The notes beneath the pieces are model-generated. The model had not been told where the DNA came from. It searched no databases and worked only from the letters and a program-made list of their open reading frames with translations. Of a stretch of DNA of 64,000 nucleotides, positions 11,401-23,946 are shown piece after piece. A program made the position numbers and the translations under genes. The DNA is from Octopus sinensis. Its lineage: Eukaryota. Positions within the stretch are counted from its first letter, which is position 1; the number at the start of each line of letters is the position of its first letter. The stretch spans positions 33,356,001-33,420,000 of the forward strand of contig NC_043010.1 in the NCBI RefSeq assembly GCF_006345805.1. Direction: 5' to 3'.

Positions 11401-14400
11401 TAGTATGAAGAATAAGGAGGATTTAAGACTCTTGCTGCTTTTTAATGCAACCAACATAATTTGCAACACACTTTAAGAAACCAGCCAGTCGTCTCATCAC
11501 CTACAAATCAAGTGAGATTGGTTTCATCCTCACAAGGAAATACGAGAGGCAAGCCACTGTAAATATGAAATCCTTTCCTGGTAAAAAATGCACTCTCCAA
11601 CATAAAATATTGGCTGATGACATCAGAGTCAGAGCTAGACAAACTCAGAGACAGAAGACATGGAACCTGTAGTTAGCTATAGGTTTGAAGAAATACAACA
11701 AGATCTAGGGAGGCAAAGCTAGGTCCTTATAGCATAGATGAAGACCATGAGTTCCTCTGAGATAACCTTCTCAGGGTTACAAATCAGACACGTGACCAAA
11801 TCAAAGTTCCAGCTAGATCGAATATTGTGGTGGAATGACATGGTATATAGAGTTGTAAAGAATGTAGAAATTGAGAGAATTATCAAGTAGCTGAAAGAGA
11901 AACTCAGGGTGAACCAGAAAGGAAGAGATGTGCACGTATTCTGCAATATGAGGATCACAGGTTGAGGTGTTCAGTATCACAAGAGAGTGAGTAAGTCAGA
12001 AGGAAGCTAGATGTCATCAGAGAATAGTATATCCAAAATGATGAAAGCACACTTGTTACTTCTAATGACATGGAAGTGCTACCATGATAGGTTGTTGAAT
12101 GAGCAGAATGCATAGGATAAATAAGGTTTACCTCATGCTAACAGAGTGAGCAGCAATTCAAACTGACAACAGTGTGACGGAAAGACAAAGTACTAGAGTC
12201 AATATAACTGACTAAGGTCTTGAAATTAGTATGAAGGTTAGTTGCAGTTTATGAAATGAAACTAGTAAGGGACAAAAAAATATTCAAAACATTATACTTC
12301 AGAGTCCTTAATATTACCACATCACTTGAGAGAAATATCTAGACCAAGAAAATTTCACAGTTAAGTAGTATGTAATACAAACATATTAACAAAAAATTTA
12401 ATACATAGAAAGACTGATTTGAAAAAAAAATATTAGTTCAATTTTATATTATAGTATCAATAAACAGTCATGATATATTGAAATCCAACATTTGTAAATA
12501 GCTGAATAATAAAAAAACTTTTAAATTACTATATTATATGTCTTAATGCCTTACCTTTAGTGATTTCGAACTGATAACATAATCAACCCGCCACTGAACT
12601 GAGTTCATATGTGATACTAAATTAAAAAAGAAACATAAAGAATTAATATATTTGTATACTTGCTGTAAGCCTAATTTCCTCCAATAAAGGAGGAATATGT
12701 AATGATTATTATTTTTAACTTGTTTCGCTGGAGGCCATCCATGGATTTACAATCTAGAATTGTGATGAATCATAGCCCTGCCATAAGTATACCAGGTATG
12801 CCAACAGAGAGCTTATGAAATATTTTGCCTGGATTGATAATCCCTCACTATTAGCTATATATGTATGTATATCAATATCACACCAACACAAATATATACA
12901 TATACACACACATATATATAAACACATATGCATACATACATAGCTTGCCAGCTGCGATGTAAACAACATTGATGATGTCAAAACTAAATTGGTAACTCTC
13001 TCTCTCTCTCCCCTAAACAGGAAATTTTAAAATTTGTGTGTGTGTCTGTGTGTGTGTTCCAGTGTGTGTGCATGGTTAGTTGAATCATAATGTATACCTG
13101 TTTGATAATGCACATTATTACATCAACCAATCACTGAGTTTTTAAAGCAACTGTAAGGATTTATCAAAGACTGTCATTTTTTTTCTTAATTATAATTCTG
13201 CTGATTTAATATCTTTATAAATGACCTGATGTCATATATAACTGCTTGGGTATGTGGTAAGAAGCGTGTTTCCCAACCACATGGTTCAGGACTCAGTCTC
13301 AGTGCAAGCACCTTGAGCAAGTGTTTTATATTATAGCCTTGGGCTGACCAAAACCTTGCGAGTGGATTTGGTAGATGGAAACTGAAAGAAGTCTGTTGTA
13401 TATATGTACATATATGTGTGTGTGTGTGTCTTTGTGTCTGTCCTCACTACCACCACCACCACTTGACAATCAGTGCTGGTGTGTTTATGACCCCATAACT
13501 TAGTGGTTTGGCAAGAGATTGACAGAATAAGTACCAGTCTTTAAAAAAATAAGTACTGGGGTCAATACATTTGACTAAAAATTCTTTGAGATGGTGTCCC
13601 AGTATGGCCACAATCTAGTGACTGAAACCAGCGAAAGATATATAGTTGATATTATAAGAATTTAGAAACTTTGAGAGAATGTAAAATAATTCTTTTTCAG
13701 AATGTTTTTGAACAAATAGGGTGTGTATACACACAATAACACTTGGTAACAAATACACTGAGTATTATCAACATAACAAGTGAGCAAAATAAGGTTCACC
13801 TCAATTGTTCTGTATAGACTATGTGTTGAGTCAGTCAGCCTAAAATTTAAAGTTTGTAAGTTAGTGGATATTAGTTGATACTTTTTCAACTATTGTACTT
13901 AAAATGTACTTAGCAGACCCAAGTCCTTATTTTTATCTCAGCATTTTACCCTGACAATATAATAAGTAGCACACAATTTCTATTGATTTAATGTGCTTTA
14001 GCTAGCATACTAACTAGAATATGTGAGAACTACTAAATATTTTATACTTACTTCGTAAACTTTGTTTGCGTAACTGTTCCTGAAACTTGGTTACATTATC
14101 ACCATAGAGTTTACAAAGTGGTGTAGAATGTTCTGGAATGATATATAAGATAGGTATTCAAAAATGCATTAAATAGTATCTAAAACACAATCATCACTAT
14201 CATTACATATAGGCTAGACGGTTTTACAGGATCCAATGTGTACAAGGACCATGCTGTCTTCTAGTGTCTGCTACGGCGTTTCTATGGCTGGATAACCTTC
14301 CTAACACCAACCACTTTAAAATGTGTACTGAGTGCATGGTGAGGTCACAAAACTACAGGACCTGTGGTAATGGTGATGGTGGGTGTCGTGTATGGAAGAA

Positions 14401-17400
14401 AATGAGGGGTTAAAGTATGAAGGAAAGGGAGAAGGGAGAGGCAAATATGTTCTTGTAGAGGAGCAACATGGTTACTCAACTTTAAGAACGAGAATGAGAA
14501 TGATTAGAAGGAGCAGCAAGTCTGGGTGTTTCCTAAATGTACAAGGTAAGTAGAAGTGTGTTGAGATAGAGTGTGAGCAGGTTGGGATTTGCAAGAGTGT
14601 ACGGTGAAACCAGAGATTGGGAGATGGGAAATAGGTAACAACTTAAAAGATTGGGTAAGACTAAAGGGTGGCTGTAAGGAGTAATGGATGACCAATGATG
14701 AATGAGTTGGGGAAGGCACAGGGCTGTTGAAGAGAGTGGGAAAGAGCAGCAGGACAGCAATGGTGATAGTAATGACAATACAGTTGACAGGAGAAGGATA
14801 AGAGAGAGATATGGTTGGGTAGGCTAAGAAGTGGGTGAGAGTGCAGATGTAACACATGAGGTGGTAATGAATCACTAACATGTGAGTGAGGAGAACAATA
14901 ATTTAATGGATGAAGAATGTTTAACAGGTGTTAACAGGTAACATAAAAAATAGGATGGTCTAAAAGGGGGATTTCCAGAAGAGATTGGACAAGGTATCTC
15001 TTTGTGCATATACATGTACACACTGCTTCTAGAAGTTAGTTTCGCAAAGGTGGGCAGATCTTCCTGAGAACCTAATATCACTAGACATCCTGGTCCTCTG
15101 AGGCTCAGGGTCCAGAGATCAGTCTTCATCATTTTGTCCCACATTTTCCTGGGTACCCTTCTTTTATAAGCTCCAAACATATTAAGCAACCAGCATTTCT
15201 TTACACAGCTGTATAACTCTTACAAACCATTCATCAACACCTAGTTTTCTCAAAGACCACCAAATTACTTAGCATGGTACTCTGTCAAACAAATTCTCCA
15301 CATTATCAAAAGCTAAGAATAGTAGTTTATTCTTAGCCAGTAATTACTCCTGCATTGTCTCACTTGGAAGATTGCATTTGTGATGCCTCTTCTGGGAACA
15401 AAACCAAACTGCATTTCATCTAGATACATTATGTCATGAATTAATTGTACTTGCTAATGATAAGAAGTATTGATACAATATTTCAGAATAGTTAAGGTGA
15501 AGAAGTCATTCATTACCTGCAAACTCATTACACACATCCCTAGAGACAAATAGATTAACTAAGGGTATTAAACAATGATCTAAATTTAAGATAGTACCAG
15601 ACAAAAATACTTCATTCTGACTATTTGTGGAATGAATGCTGACCTTCAGAAGTAAACTAACCTTGGGAAATATAGGAACACATTGCAGTGAAAAACTATA
15701 CAATGATTGAATAGAGAACACTGTAATGAAACACACTATACTTTCATTAAAGGAAGCCTCCACATGGCTGTTCAAGCTGCTAGAAATTGTAGCTAAATTT
15801 TCCTCAAATAGGCGCAAGAGTGGCTGTGTAGTAAGTAGCTTGTTTACCAACCACATGGTTTCGGGTTCAGTCCCACTGTGTGGCACCTTGGGCAAGTGTC
15901 TTCTGCTATAGCCTCGGGCCGACCAAAGCCTTGTGAGTGGATTTGGTAGACGGAAACTGAAAGAAGCCTGTTGTATATATGTATATATGTATATATATAT
16001 ATATGTATGTGCATGTGTGTGTGTTTGTGTGCCTGTGTTTGTCCCCCTAGCATTGCTTGACAACCGATGCTGATGTCTTTATGTCCCCGTAACTTAGCGG
16101 TTCGACAAAAGAGACCGATAGAATAAGTACTGGGCTTACAAAGAATAAGTCCCGGGGTCGAGTTGCTCGATTAAAGGCGGTGATCCAGCATGGCCACAGT
16201 CAAATGACTGAAACAAGTAAAAGAGTAAATCACATACCCTCTAAGAAATGTGCATTATGTCTGAGAAAAAACAAGGGATGGTTAGGATTGAAACATCATT
16301 GAACATAGACTTGTTTGATTAGAGTTGATCTGCAGCTACACAATCATACTACACAACCATACCTCACACTTTCTCACTAAGAACCTATACATGCTTGCTC
16401 AACTTGCTAGAAATAGCAGCCAAATCTCCCTTAAATTACACTTCACTGACATAGATAATTCAGCCTTAGCCATATCATGCTTGGAAAAATTGAGGACAGT
16501 CAGGCTTTCCTGGGTGGGACGACCTGGAAATGAATGACAACAACACTATACTAGACAAAACAACATTATACCAGAATATGTACAGATTGTGTTACTGCAA
16601 TATGCACTTTTTCTGTATAAAAGTGGCTATGTGATTGAGAAAACTTGTTACCCAACAAGGTGGTCTTGAGTTCTATTATAGCTACAACCTTCTACTATAG
16701 CCTTGGGCCAACAAAAGCCTCATGAGTGGATTTAGTGGACAGAAACTGAAAGAAACCCATTGTGTTTGTACAGCTTGACAACTGGTGTTGGTGGGTTTAC
16801 ATCCTTGTAACTTAGCCATTCAGCAAAAGAGACAGATATAATAAATACCAAGCTTTAAAAAAGTAGTGCAGTAAATTTGTTTGATTAAACTTCTTCAAGG
16901 CAGTGCCAGCATGGCCACCATTTAATGACCAAAGCAAATAGAAGATAAAAGAGAAATATATATATATATATATATATATATATCTATACAATATGTTACA
17001 TTACTCGGTAGTCAAGATAAAACTCTGAGTTTCAGATGCCGAAGTGGAAATCCACAACATCTCTTCGGTTATCTGGCTATTTGAAAATAGCCAGATAAAC
17101 GAAGAGATGGTGTGTGGATTTCCACTTCGGCATCTGAAACTCAGAGTTTTATCTTGACTACCGAGTAATGTAACATATTGTATAGATAAATTTCCTCTAT
17201 TTACATAATATTGATGTCTCTTTCTTCTTTTTTATCTTACCGTTTTATCAATATATATATATATTATATATATATTATTATATATATATATATGTAGGTC
17301 CTGGGTTGAGTCGGGGTTAACCACAGTAAATAAGGTACTCAATACATAGCAGAGTAAATTAATTTATTATATAGAAGGAGCTTCTACAGGACTAGAACTG

Positions 17401-17842
17401 TTTCATTCAAAAGAAATCATCAGGAAGCTAGTTGACAAGAGTTGTTTTGGCATTTATACATTTAGGCAGGTTTAAAGGGGTGGTGGTGGGGGACTTTTTG
17501 GGGGTAGGCATGGCGCAAAACTATCATTCTTAGGGGAGTGGTCAAAGGAATCGGTGGTAAAGTAGATAAAAGAATAAATAGAAAAATAGAGTTTTAGGTA
17601 AATAAGGAGACTCTCACTTATACATATACATATATATATACACCCACATATTATATATTACATATATATTATATATATATACATAATATATATTATATAT
17701 ATATATAATATATATATACATACATACACACACATACATACATATATGCACACAACATGTCCATATACACACATATATACACATATGTGTACATATACAT
17801 ACATACACATACACACATATGCATACACATACAAACCCATAC

Positions 17843-17894
<52 letters not shown>

Positions 17895-19226
17895 GTATAT
17901 ACATATATATACACACACACACATATACACACTCGCACAATAAATACATACATACACATGCATATACATGCACACACATACACACACAATTTTATTCCCT
18001 TATTTTAATTTTATATACTTTTGTTATCTTATTTTTATCTTGACCTCAGTCAGCCATCCCGGGCTGTTGTCCCAAGGGATGGTCAAAGTCCATTTATCTT
18101 TCTACTAACTGATACGAACACAAACACTCACTCACGCACACACACTCACATGTACACTCATACACATACACACACGCACGTGTTATATTCATACATACAT
18201 ACATCTACATACATTCACGTATATACACATACGTACGCGTACCTACAGATTCATATCTACACGCATACACATACATACCTCAATACACCCACAGAAGACT
18301 AGTCCATACATATACACTAATAAATATATATACACATATACATATACACATACATATATATATACATATATATACATATACACATATATACACATATACA
18401 TACATACATATATACACATACACACATATATATATGCGTACACATACACACACACACACACGCGCATCTATATATACACATAAGTACATACATGCATAAA
18501 TGTATACATATGTTTATACATATGCATACCATACACACACACACGCGCCTCCTTATATTCATATACATACATGCATACTCAAATAATAAATAAGTATATA
18601 TACGTGCAGTTACCCATTATACAGACGGATACATACATATAAACTTACACATATACCTATTTACACATATGTATATATACATACATACATACACACATAA
18701 CTCTACATACCTACATATACATAAACACACAAGCGTACACATATATATATATAATATATATATATATATATACATATATATACATATACACACACAACAC
18801 ACATATATACATATACACACACATTCACATATATATATACACACACACACATATATATATACACACCACCACAATATATATAATATATATATATATATAC
18901 ACATAAGTACATACATGCATAAATGCATACATATGTCTACAAGTGCAAACACATACACACACTCACGCGCCACCTTATATACATAAATACATACATGCAT
19001 ACAAACGCATACTCAAGTAATAAATAATAAATAATAAATATATATACATGCAGTTACCCTTTATACATACAGAAACATACATATAAACATACACATATAT
19101 ACCTATTTACACATATGTATATATACATACATACATGCACATACACATAACTCTACATACCTACATATACATAAACACACAAGCGTACACATATATATAT
19201 ATACATATATATATACATACATACAC

Positions 19227-19257
<31 letters not shown>

Positions 19258-19276
19258 CATACACATACATACACAT

Positions 19277-19317
<41 letters not shown>

Positions 19318-20680
19318 CACACACATACACATACATATGTACATACACATACATATACACGCATTCGCATACATGCGTATATTCCTACTAACACCCATAC
19401 ATTTCTATACATATATACAATACATATATACAAGTGTACACATACAATATGTGAATAGTCTTAGGAGAAAAGGTAATCGGGGGTGCTGGGGGGGCAACGG
19501 TGGGGTTGGGGGGTTTGTGGGTGGGGGTGTCGTCAATCGGGTTGCCGGGGGGTGGGTATAGTTCTTGTAGTTTGCATAAATTTTATGCATGCAATTTGGG
19601 GAGTGTTTGAGATCTTGTTGAGGAGAGGGCCTTTGGCGAACAAGATCCCTAGGCTCTCAGAAATGCAAAGGTCACAGCAGGTATGGCCTCCTGTGTACGA
19701 ACGCCCCTTCTGTAGTAGTCTCCACTTGATCTTGAAGGGGATGGAGTTCCTTTTAAGGTACCAGATGTGGGCGGCGAGGGTAGTTTGGTTGGATTTATCG
19801 GGTCGCCGGAACGAGTGTGTGTGGGTGTACCAGCGGGTCTTAAAGCTGTTTGACGTCATTCCGATGTACGATTTTCTTTTATCATCGGGGCCTGATCGTA
19901 CCTCGCATGTATAGACGAGGTCCCTCTGTAGGCAGTTGTTGTTGAGGGGGCAAGTGGTTTTATCAGGGCAGTTGCAATTGCTATCGGATGTTGGATGGGC
20001 CTCGGAAAAAGTAGATATATTAAGTTTTTTCACGTTGTTGTTGGCTAGGTTCCTGGCTAGATTGGGCGTGGTAGAGTAGGAGAGTCTAATGGTGTTCTTA
20101 TTTAGGATAGTATAGTACTTATGTTGGGTGGGGAAGTGTTTCTGTAGGAGAGTGAAGAAGATTTTAGCTACAGGTGTAGCGACCTCACGGTTGAAGGGGG
20201 GGTTGTACCAGCTAATGTGTCTTCGCCTATTTTTCCTGGGTTGGCGTGGGGCTATACTAGTATAGGTGATCTTATCTTTAAATGTGTATGCGTGTAGATA
20301 TGAATCTGTAGGTACGCGTACGCATGTGCATATACGTGAATGTATGTATGTATGAATATAACACGTGCGTGTGTGTATGTGTATGAGTGTACATGTGAGT
20401 GTGTGTGCGTGAGTGAGTGTTTGTGTTCGTATCAGTTAGTAGAAAGATAAATGGACTTTGACCATCCCTTGGGACAACAGCCCGGGATGGCTGACTGAGG
20501 TCAAGATAAAAATAAGATAACAAAAGTAATAATAAAATTAAAATAAGGGAATAAAATTGTGTGTGTATGTGTGTGTATGTGTGTGCATGTATATGCATGT
20601 GTATGTATGTATTTATATGTGCGAGTGTGTATATGTGTGTGTGTGTGTATAATGTATATACATATGTATATACATATGTA

Positions 20681-20711
<31 letters not shown>

Positions 20712-20839
20712 GTATGGGTTTGTATGTGTATGCATATGTGTGTATGTGTGTGTATGTATGTATATGTACACATATGTGTATATGTGTGTGTATATGGACA
20801 TGTGTGTGCATATATGTATGTAGTGTGTGTGTATGTATG

Positions 20840-20879
<40 letters not shown>

Positions 20880-21201
20880 TGTATATATATGAATATGTGG
20901 GTGTATATATATATGTATATGTATAAGTGAGAGTCTCCTTATTTACCTAAAACTCTATTTTTCTATTTATTCTTTTATCTACTTTACCACCGATTCCTTT
21001 GACCACTCCCCTAAGAATGATAGTTTTGCGCCATGCCTACCCCCAAAAAGTCCCCCACCACCACCCCTTTAAACCTGCCTAAATGTATAAATGCCAAAAC
21101 AACTCTTGTCAACTAGCTTCCTGATGATTTCTTTTGAATGAAACAGTTCTAGTCCTGTAGAAGCTCCTTCTATATAATAAATATATATATATATATATAT
21201 A

Positions 21202-21234
<33 letters not shown>

Positions 21235-23898
21235 TTGATGATATGTGTGTGAGTGTATGTGTGTACTCTTGTCTTGACATCATGTGATGCTTGTAAAACA
21301 AGCAGTACTGTCATGCAAATGGTGTCACTTCTTTCCAATCTTCCATGAAAAATATGTCAGGCTATGGGGAAATATGCCTTGTTTGGAAACAGGAAGGGCA
21401 TCTGGCCACAGAAAACCAACAGTAACAAACTCTGCCTAACCCATGCAAGCATGGAAAAAAATGTGAACATTAAATGGTGATGATGTTAACACAATGAGAT
21501 GATTGGGCAGTGATTTTACCTTTTGGGAGCCCCAGCTGTTGAAGCTCATTGGAAAGTGTATCACTATCGACATCACATTTGGCTGCACTTCTGATGATGA
21601 AACACAGCGCAGCAATACTAGCCTTGATGTCGCCAATATCTGAAACATGACAAAAATAAAACAGATTTACTGAGGGATAAGTCAAAATAATTCTTACAAC
21701 TAAACTTATTGACATAAACTGTTGAATATATTCTAGTAACAGTAAATAAACACTACCTCAAAGACATTTTCTCTTAGATTATGTAATATATAATCACACC
21801 TTTTGGTAAACTAGGAGTGTCTGTCTGTATGCATGACTGGTACATTGTTTTATCAACTCCAGAAGGATGAAAGATAAAGCTGACCTCTTCAGGATTTGAA
21901 CTCAGAATGTAAAATACTGCAAGGCATTTTGTCAGATGCGCTAACATTTCTGCCAATCCGCCACTCATATAATAACAATAATTCTTTCTAATTTTGGCAC
22001 AAGGCCTGAAACTTTGGGGTAGTGAGCTAGTTGATTACATTGACCAGAGAGCTCAACAAGTACTTATTGTACTGACTCTGAAAGGATAAAAAGCGAAGTC
22101 AACCCTGGCAGAATTTGGGCTCAGAACATAAAGTGTCGGAAGAAATGCTGTTAAACAGTTTGCCTGGCATGCCTATGATTCTGCCAGCTTACGGACTTAA
22201 TAGTAAAAACAATAATTTTTTTTAGATGGCATAATTTCATGCAATGTCAACCCCAACACTTGACTGGAACTTTATTTTATCAACTTCAGTGAATGAAATG
22301 TAAATAATGATAAACTTACCAAATTTTGCATCAGCAGTAATTTTTGCTACCTTTTCATACTGTACAGGAAACATAAATTAAAATAGTAAGAATGTATTTC
22401 AGTATATTTTTGTATTATTTTAATATATTCAATATCAACAAGAATAATCTAGTAAAAAAGAAAAAATACATTGAAAGTACTTTCACATAAAAGTTTACGA
22501 ATGCAATACTGAAAATTTAACTTTACCGTCTTAGTAAAGGCTAAATGGAAAAGTTACTCTCTAAACTTCTATTCTGTAATATCTCAGCTCTAAAGTCAAA
22601 CACTGTAGCATCTAAATTTACATAATGAAAAGTATCACTACCTTGAATAACCCTTATTACAAGGTCACAGCAGTTTCTATTGTTTCCCAGTTTATATTAT
22701 CCCTAAGTCCTTATGATTTTGTCACAAGCTCTTGTTTATTTGCTTTTTAGTATATCTTTACTATGTGTACCTTTTACCATATACACATCAATACAACTAG
22801 CTCTCCTGCATGTGCTATCCAATATTTTCACAATTTGATAGCACCAACCTAAAATTTCATATACCTATTGCACATTCAATGAGGACAATATTCTTGACCA
22901 CTTAATGAAGATTTAATTTGGACTCAGAATTTTCACATGAAGTTAGAGCAAAGATAAATAGGTTAAACAGGAGAAGCAAGGCTTCTTATATTGTGATGAA
23001 AACTACTGATCTAGGAGATATAAAACTAACATAGAGCTGACGGGAATCCTTCATCAAATAACATAACTGTTTTAGTGCTGGTATTATTACTAACATGTCC
23101 AGTTGTAAAGTTCTAGCCAATAAATTATATTATCATTATCATTCTGTCACACAAAGCATTTCATTAAGGTATTTAAAAAAGTAAAAATCAGTATTCAATT
23201 TAAAAAATAGCAATATTTCAGTAAAGACAAACATGCACATGCACAAACATATTTATATATTCCCTACTTTGACCCTTTTGCATCTTCGCAAACTCCTTAC
23301 TCATAGCGATCTTCTACCATTCCATTTATATTCATATCCTTCCACTTTGAGAGCATGTCTGGGCACATTGCCGCTATCTCTCTCAGTTTCCCTACTTCTG
23401 ACTAGGGTAGCCTTGCATCTCCTTTACAGAAAAACACCTATTTCTGTACTTATAGCATAGTTTAACCTCTCATCACTTGGCACAAAGCCACCTCTCTGTT
23501 GAGGGATCTTTGTCTTGCAAGTTACTTGGTGACCTCACTTGTGCTAGTGCCATGTAAAAAGCACCCAGTCCACTCTGTGAAGTAGTTGATGTTAGGAAGG
23601 ATATCCAGCTGTAAAACCATGCCAAAGCTGATAATTTCGTAATTCTCTTAGAATTACTTCTGACCACAGATTATAAAACATTAGGTGGAGGGGGTGATTT
23701 GATAATTTATTCACATACGCGTAGGAGTGGCTGTGTGGTAAGTAGCTTGCTTACCAACCACATGGTCCCAGGTTCAGTCCCACTGCGTGGCACCTTGGGC
23801 AAGTGTCTTCTACTATAGCCTCAGGCCGACCAAAGCCTTGTGAGTGAATTTGGTAGACGGAAACTGAAAGAAGCCTATCGTATATATGTATATGTATA

Positions 23899-23946
<48 letters not shown>

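Larger units (their letters stand above)
17296..21182 (-). mobile_element. 5'-truncated Penelope-like element (Neptune-like) with GIY-YIG endonuclease and inverted pseudo-LTR
   Basis: Open frame 20279-19533: [12 protein letters not shown]...KHFP...[15 protein letters not shown]...CPL...C, LVY...YIGMT..FKTRW..H..SF...HIW...CDLCISE...LLNK. Inverted repeat arms 17362-18272 and 20282-21182. Confidence 0.92.

Noticed and set aside
17614-20930. Many 60-180 aa ORFs rich in Y/I/C/V/M/H/T
   Set aside because: Translations of (TA)/(CA)/(TG) microsatellites, not proteins.
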